This document shows positions 60,701 to 64,000 of a DNA stretch of 64,000 nucleotides, in pieces; position 1 is the first letter of the stretch, and each line of letters begins with the position of its first letter. Origin of the DNA: Monocercomonoides exilis PA203. Lineage: Eukaryota; Protista; Preaxostyla. The notes under the pieces were generated by a model that made no database searches, was not told where the DNA came from, and was given only the letters and a program-made list of their open reading frames with translations. The position numbers and the translations under genes are program-made. The stretch lies in assembly GCA_001643675.2 (NCBI GenBank), contig LSRY02000004.1, positions 248,001 through 312,000 of the forward strand, written 5' to 3'.

Positions 60701-61562
60701 CACATCCACGAGAGCCAGAAACAAGAACACCATAAAATGGGCAAACGCAATCAGTGACCGTGCATCCTTCGATTTTGCTCTCCTGCAAAGAATGCCTTTG
60801 TGGAGAGTTTTTGTTGCTGCTCCGAGCAGACACATTGTGGAAGCTGCAAAAAGAAGCTGAGGCAAATGACAAATCCATATCACCAATGAACGGATTCGCA
60901 GACGAGGCACAAAACGAAGAAAAGGTGCAGCTCAAAACATAAACGCTCCCTGTCAATGGCTGTGTGGAGATTCCTGCTGAAACAAGAGACGGCCATGCCT
61001 GCTGCGTAAAGGGACTTCGGAAAGAAATATTCATCATTCTTATCGTTCCTCCAGCACAGTCAAAAGGAGATAAATCCGTCTCTGTCACCGCATTTATGAT
61101 GCAATCACTAACAGACAATGTAGATAATTCGTTTCTCATAGAAATGGCAGAAGCAATTTTTTGGTTAATTTTTATTCTCTCAACAGCCAACGATGAGTTC
61201 AGAACCATCATCCGGCTTCTAATACAGCTCCACTTGTTCATATCATTATTGAGTGCGCCAGCAAGAAACTTATGATCAAATGCCCTCTCTGAATCCTCCT
61301 GCAATCGTTTTATGCTCTTTTCTGTATTTGACGACCAGCCAGATGTATCCAAATCATACATCCCCTTGGGCTCAACTGCATTGATTGCATTAACTATGTG
61401 TGAAAATGACTCATTTTTGTTTAACTCATTGACGTTTCCTAGCCTACCAATGCCATATTCCTGAAAATCGTTCTTTTTGGATTCATCTCCTTTCCAACTG
61501 ATACCTTCTTTGCAGAATAGAGCGGAAAGAATTATTGAGACACTAATACTCGTGAAAAGCAT
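53268..61562 (-). CDS. Type-I membrane receptor B, paralog of A (2764 aa)
   Basis: Uninterrupted ORF with signal-like N-terminus MLFTSISVSIILSALFC, GGAI/GGAF repeats, four CG-x-(P)C modules, a TM helix and a pseudokinase tail nearly identical to that of A. Confidence 0.88.
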   Translation of the reverse strand: MLFTSISVSIILSALFCKEGISWKGDESKKNDFQEYGIGRLGNVNELNKNESFSHIVNAINAVEPKGMYDLDTSGWSSNTEKSIKRLQEDSERAFDHKFLAGALNNDMNKWSCIRSRMMVLNSSLAVERIKINQKIASAISMRNELSTLSVSDCIINAVTETDLSPFDCAGGTIRMMNISFRSPFTQQAWPSLVSAGISTQPLTGSVYVLSCTFSSFCASSANPFIGDMDLSFASASFCSFHNVSARSSNKNSPQRHSLQESKIEGCTVTDCVCPFYGVLVSGSRGCGFGSSNTSFIRSKNTISHQIYTNKTQSFPEGDIKFEDCNFTECSASYGGAIAVKGSAKLTVDKCLFAECVDTFPDPYGYGGAIFSNGSDCSIENSIFNNCRGMGASSIGGAFAHSTNSFSLIIGCFFENCSAAFGGSVVWDEGASGSLYNSVFKSSSTFRYYAGTVFLQEPRTDFVMSNCYLLKGDSPFGAGGFDTTNNTYNKNEKIQFCLFENNTVRKSTHAADIYIGNGFSLGNTIQILQCFSLSTAPRKVVQCSEYALDCGDKGVQYDSYLPTAQPEIHISNSGRNMDTCGETGSECQTVEYGVTRWNSYLRQNVFMASEEFKEDMIDIEWRNIILSGAENNSSAIKCNEASSTDCLISIGNGSLNAKRIQFVCVFNRSAIAVGSSGSIQLELCSFTKSFQLAQPSTKSLIQVDEGSLTMEFVNVSGFSFSQGCAIALSDCKTVSLSNASFLNVESEQNGGCLNAVWREGFEDGCDASISGCAFEHCIVSGDGNGGGALFLSLPNTCSATISSCSFEECEAPFGSQEGFGGGIFLNLEHSDAAFVITNPSFSSEKPNKAKHGNDLFAQSPNLKESITKATLPFACSLGHSSFDDLRGFNGNDHEHSIPLVLFFEEVGSTIHVGSDDGADSVVCGFSDYPCQSVDYCMERLEEENAKAVAVVESAIIESELNYPNLILRSSNASKAEITCIKSLNALSGKVMAATGNTSIESICFFLPSSFDSGIETLIFLTSESNLSLTKCAFEIQQGELEQIGYWLFQICGGILNIDSCTLSFDCLQHAPIAVCESDTSTPRTIISLNVKNTDIGYQPLIHVILSSTSKLLNDAATSSGIISLASCSFEGITNGNANSAALISSPISSHIECLHWNVTNAKGAESMEGGAMKIVIEAESQFTMENVTFTKCCAECETAGKGGGIYFDCSASNAFSFQQIAFDQCSAKHGKNMFFLSSDLNVSITKQTLTFEVSETASDTNLFVGNDTTKTNFDLCRFLIGYASQEIHLSKNSGWDVLRCGSGEEPCATMEYGQKHFCLFDEPAQPSMNTFVIIDEVLVDCEVNISNNTLTSTGTGSCPTLTFGAAISPQAGKEEESDSVLTNTGTCTLINIEICCGDGSEWKQTKLISSTGNSFAAQSCSFTSTSEAAIPYCIVACLSGTCELSFCSFQSIKAESHILIASHESSIDWTNVSMSNMELMGKSIVAVLAQAEWRGESQRLNEGSSPTVQLRCCTLHSLLQNAPYEPSIISCTGSEPCGVSMQNTSIKNSGSSQSESGGGMIMSLSEGGFFECSFSAISGCFCSATGRGGAIFLDCSSITSDGPLPFLLENTTFFGNMAFTGRDLYVRCTNIESQISIELFQLDFRPPFVRDLAMWGCTAQNYYDEEDLLELIVVYQSETIFASSSADNASDTLQCGAISGTCSSLNVALSHIIPSAYSNLLIDKNALVSGEASARDVTIKSLEQESDKGVLHLNCSIESKTNSLVACSSRVKIEFLTFLFGSTFTSSHSSLISLTDGNLSIADTIFAQEASDRNSEIELNCSIVEMSGGRLTISYCRFAGLCLSSSCLAASRGEYCLFMDLNISDVNSGKLFDFHNLVNLSMQQVLVSSCMFDRSALILRSCKDSQLQKIQIRNAESKASLIVFSSDGSGGHSNIRCSHLEFDNTLVSKESLLSVECEDANVEMNFLAISNAMLMEGCAVNVKSNESEFRLKQSSYQNITRNSLGPCCFSSSSSSSSSSSLLVELENCTSQKCNSSSDKGRIVTLTYLADANLSLCAFDGAASTQEFGINEDSFENVCQWNGSMVDLQNCSGLMKDSTLANSENGGLSLSGGNVEIEKGEFMNNNPSIANYGSARRNILCGKSAKLKVTSLKGGDGWERNTSLWILDEGCTLEGIAKERASAFFIPKVESVSSETSGEKVDVAFRGSVLLPCNLSFKTVAAIGDEEVVEKYLFDASGFISEEEVHGSVPVKTIEGVPSEAEVRVCILFGSADSLSATDSFVLKNGSNPKANGDGKPVESGKGYGSSSTVIIIVLVIILLIVLIVAVVLAVRWRKQKRRTKELEVIVEDTVRKDPKAFEMVTMEMSPEEQWRRAEREAEKKNEERIKKRVYENSLGHSESSEHLLSESGSTEYILGRDSDKIPEWMLEKVDEKEEEETRKRTPSPSISSASTTSTTDSDSTFVRGEDLCPTTSSMSNLVDAMACSSPHEKLIVDLRDSLFMLLHGRNKTKEMPIGSLEEREVTAAQILFWVANLALHSFDEMENKLQSLANLSPHIVLFSEHMVICIVMHSDLLSSGDSSDSSSISSSTVVTSASDDSEDSLPSSAFEDENDFKKECLRWMAPELLSGAKKQATKKTVAFSIGMMLWECLTLQIPFGEYEAVIAGDKIVKGERPRSEMIRGSKYFWMVQKCLSGGGSERLSLVELKKEFIERFPNGATMLTASDAIDVVEACAGNNEGSEACSYTVDSDGAIRLIRKCGGKENFE

Positions 61563-61984
61563 GACTCCTGTTCTTCCTCAGATACACAAAGCAATGTTGA
61601 ATTTCAGACAAAATTACATTATGGAAAAGATCAATTACTGTGATTATTTTATTATTTTATTTTTTAATTTATTTTTTATTTTTTATTTTTTTATTTTTAT
61701 TTTTATTTTTTTTATTTTTTTATTTGGCTGATCAAAACTCGAACGAAAGTGTGATTTCAAAAAGGATCAGCCCTTTCGATTAATTAACGCAATATTATTA
61801 AAAAGTGAAAATCACTAAAAGTCTAAAGTCGAAAAATAATCTTGAATAAATCACAATTGAATACTTGTTACAAAAGAAACATCATTTTGAACAATAGTTT
61901 TAAAAATATTTCTGAATTATCATTTTGAAACTTAAAAACCTTTCACATTAATAAATTTTATCTATCATACTGAGGATTTCAGTT

Positions 61985-64000
61985 CTAGTTGTTTTCTCCT
62001 CTTAACTTTTCAGAAATATAAATGATACTCGCGCTCACTTCTTTTTCGTCTGTTTCTTCATCCTCAAAATCAATCGCATCTGAGACAGTCACGAACACTG
62101 TCCCTTTTGAAAAATACTGGATAAACGATCTTTTCAATTCTACAAGTGTAGGCCGACATGATGCTTTTGCAGACAAACACGCTTTAATAGACTCAAAATG
62201 TGTTGACATGCTGACTGAAGAAGCGTTTGGTCTTTCTCCTTTAATAATCTTGTCTCCCGCAATCACTGCCTCATACTCCCCAAACGGGATCTGCAGTGTC
62301 AGGCACTCCCACAGCATCATCCCAATCGAGAATGCAACAGTCTTCTTCGTCGCCTGCTTCTTTGCCCCGCTCAGCAGCTCAGGCGCCATCCACCTCAGAC
62401 ACTCTTTTTTGAAATCATTCTCATCCTCAAACGCTGACGAGGGCAGAGAGTCTTCGCTATCATCACTGGCAGATGTCACAACAGTCGACGAAGAGATCGA
62501 TGATGAGTCTGAACTGTCACCAGATGAAAGCAAATCAGAGTGCATCACAATGCAGATCACCATGTGCTCAGAGAACAGCACAATGTGCGGGCTCAGATTC
62601 GCAAGTGACTGAAGCTTGTTTTCCATCTCATCAAACGAGTGGAGCGCAAGATTCGCCACCCAGAACAGGATCTGCGCAGCTGTCACTTCTCTCTCCTCCA
62701 GCGACCCGATCGGCATCTCCTTTGTCTTGTTCCTTCCATGCAGCAGCATGAACAGCGAATCTCTCAGATCCACAATCAGCTTCTCATGAGGCGATGAGCA
62801 GGCCATTGCATCCACCAGATTCGACATCGACGAGGTGGTTGGACACAGATCCTCTCCTCGAACAAATGTGGAATCTGAATCAGTCGTTGAAGTGGTTGAA
62901 GTGGATGAGATGGATGGAGATGGCGTTCGCTTTCTTGTTTCCTCATTTTCCTCCTTCTCCAACATCCATTCAGGAATCTTGTCTGAGTCTTTCCCCAGAA
63001 TGTATTCTGTTGAGCCACTCTCACTCAAAAGATGCTCTGATGATTCAGAATGCTCCATATTCGTATCATACACTCTCTTCTTCATCCTCTCTTCATTCTT
63101 CTTCTCAGCCTCTCTCTCAGCCCTCCTCCACTGCTCCTCAGGCGACATCTCCATTGTTACCATCTCAAACGCCTTCGGATCCTTCCTCACTGTGTCTTCC
63201 ACAATCACCTCCAGCTCTTTTGTCCTTCTCTTCTGCTTTCTCCACCGAACAATGAATATCACAGAAATTATCAGAACAATCAACAGAATTATTACCAACA
63301 CAATTATAATCACAGTTGAAGAAGAACCATATCCTTTTCCACTTTCAACAGCTTTTCCGTCTCCATTTGCTTTCGGATCGCTTCCGTTCTTCAAAACAAA
63401 TGCTTTTGTTGATGAAGGTGCCTCTGCATTTCCAAACAGAATGCACACAGACACTTCTGTCTCCTCTCCTGCCTCATAAATCGTCTTTGAAGGCACCGCC
63501 CCCAACACTTCTGCCTCTGACACAAACCCTCCCTCTTCAAATGAGTATCTCTCTACCAACGCCTCCGACCCAACCCTCTTCACCACCCGAAACGACAGAT
63601 TGCACGGCACAAGAAGCAGCCCAACGAACTTCAGCCTCGTCACACTCCCGTCCTCCTCCGCCTCCACACTTTCCAGTTCCGGAATGAAAAACGCTGATTC
63701 TCTCTCTTCTGCTATCCCGCCCAGCTTACACCCTTCATTCAGCACCCACAGCGACGACCCCTCCTTCACTCCGTCTCCTCCTTTCACACTTGCCACCTTC
63801 AACAACCCTGAGCCTGCACAAACGATATTTCTCCGAACTGATTGATAATTTTCTATCTTCGGGTTGTTGTTTATGAATTTTCCATCTTCAATCATCATGC
63901 TCCCTCCAAACACGCTCATTCCTCCTTTTGAAAAGTTCTCAATTGTGGTGTCTTTCATCGAAGAGGTGCTGTTGACAAATGAAACGACCGAAGATGCCCA
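61985..64000 (-). CDS. Type-I membrane receptor C, paralog of A and B; 5' end beyond the window
   Basis: The frame stays open upstream of the listed ATG 63958 to the window edge (WASSVVSFVNSTSSMKDTT). Membrane-proximal domain and TM are nearly identical to A. The last ~80 residues after KGERP are unique. Confidence 0.88.
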   Translation of the reverse strand, partial: WASSVVSFVNSTSSMKDTTIENFSKGGMSVFGGSMMIEDGKFINNNPKIENYQSVRRNIVCAGSGLLKVASVKGGDGVKEGSSLWVLNEGCKLGGIAEERESAFFIPELESVEAEEDGSVTRLKFVGLLLVPCNLSFRVVKRVGSEALVERYSFEEGGFVSEAEVLGAVPSKTIYEAGEETEVSVCILFGNAEAPSSTKAFVLKNGSDPKANGDGKAVESGKGYGSSSTVIIIVLVIILLIVLIISVIFIVRWRKQKRRTKELEVIVEDTVRKDPKAFEMVTMEMSPEEQWRRAEREAEKKNEERMKKRVYDTNMEHSESSEHLLSESGSTEYILGKDSDKIPEWMLEKEENEETRKRTPSPSISSTSTTSTTDSDSTFVRGEDLCPTTSSMSNLVDAMACSSPHEKLIVDLRDSLFMLLHGRNKTKEMPIGSLEEREVTAAQILFWVANLALHSFDEMENKLQSLANLSPHIVLFSEHMVICIVMHSDLLSSGDSSDSSSISSSTVVTSASDDSEDSLPSSAFEDENDFKKECLRWMAPELLSGAKKQATKKTVAFSIGMMLWECLTLQIPFGEYEAVIAGDKIIKGERPNASSVSMSTHFESIKACLSAKASCRPTLVELKRSFIQYFSKGTVFVTVSDAIDFEDEETDEKEVSASIIYISEKLRGENN

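Overview
Eukaryotic, intron-containing genomic DNA in the standard genetic code (TAA, TAG and TGA all act as stops). The AT-rich intergenics, short GT-AG introns, poly-Ser-inflated proteins and giant GGA(I/L)-repeat receptors suggest a metamonad protist such as the oxymonad Monocercomonoides; this assignment is inference. Six housekeeping genes are reconstructed with intron models: a very large eIF4G running off the left edge (absent from the ORF track), purine nucleoside phosphorylase, exocyst Sec3, Nbs1/nibrin, a tandem DH-PH RhoGEF and a giant STRIP/Far11. Interleaved with them are three paralogous type-I membrane receptors (A 14652-26981 +, B 53268-61562 -, C 61985->64000 -). A and B have divergent, modular Cys-rich beta-helix-like ectodomains. 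All three share a near-identical transmembrane plus pseudokinase cassette whose identity switches partner along its length, which points to recombinational shuffling. A and B form a ~2 kb inverted repeat around 25 kb. The 27.5-35.8 kb island holds a TA-flanked pogo/Tc1-type MITE, a foldback-like element, microsatellites and decayed coding fragments. No rRNA, tRNA or CRISPR arrays were seen.
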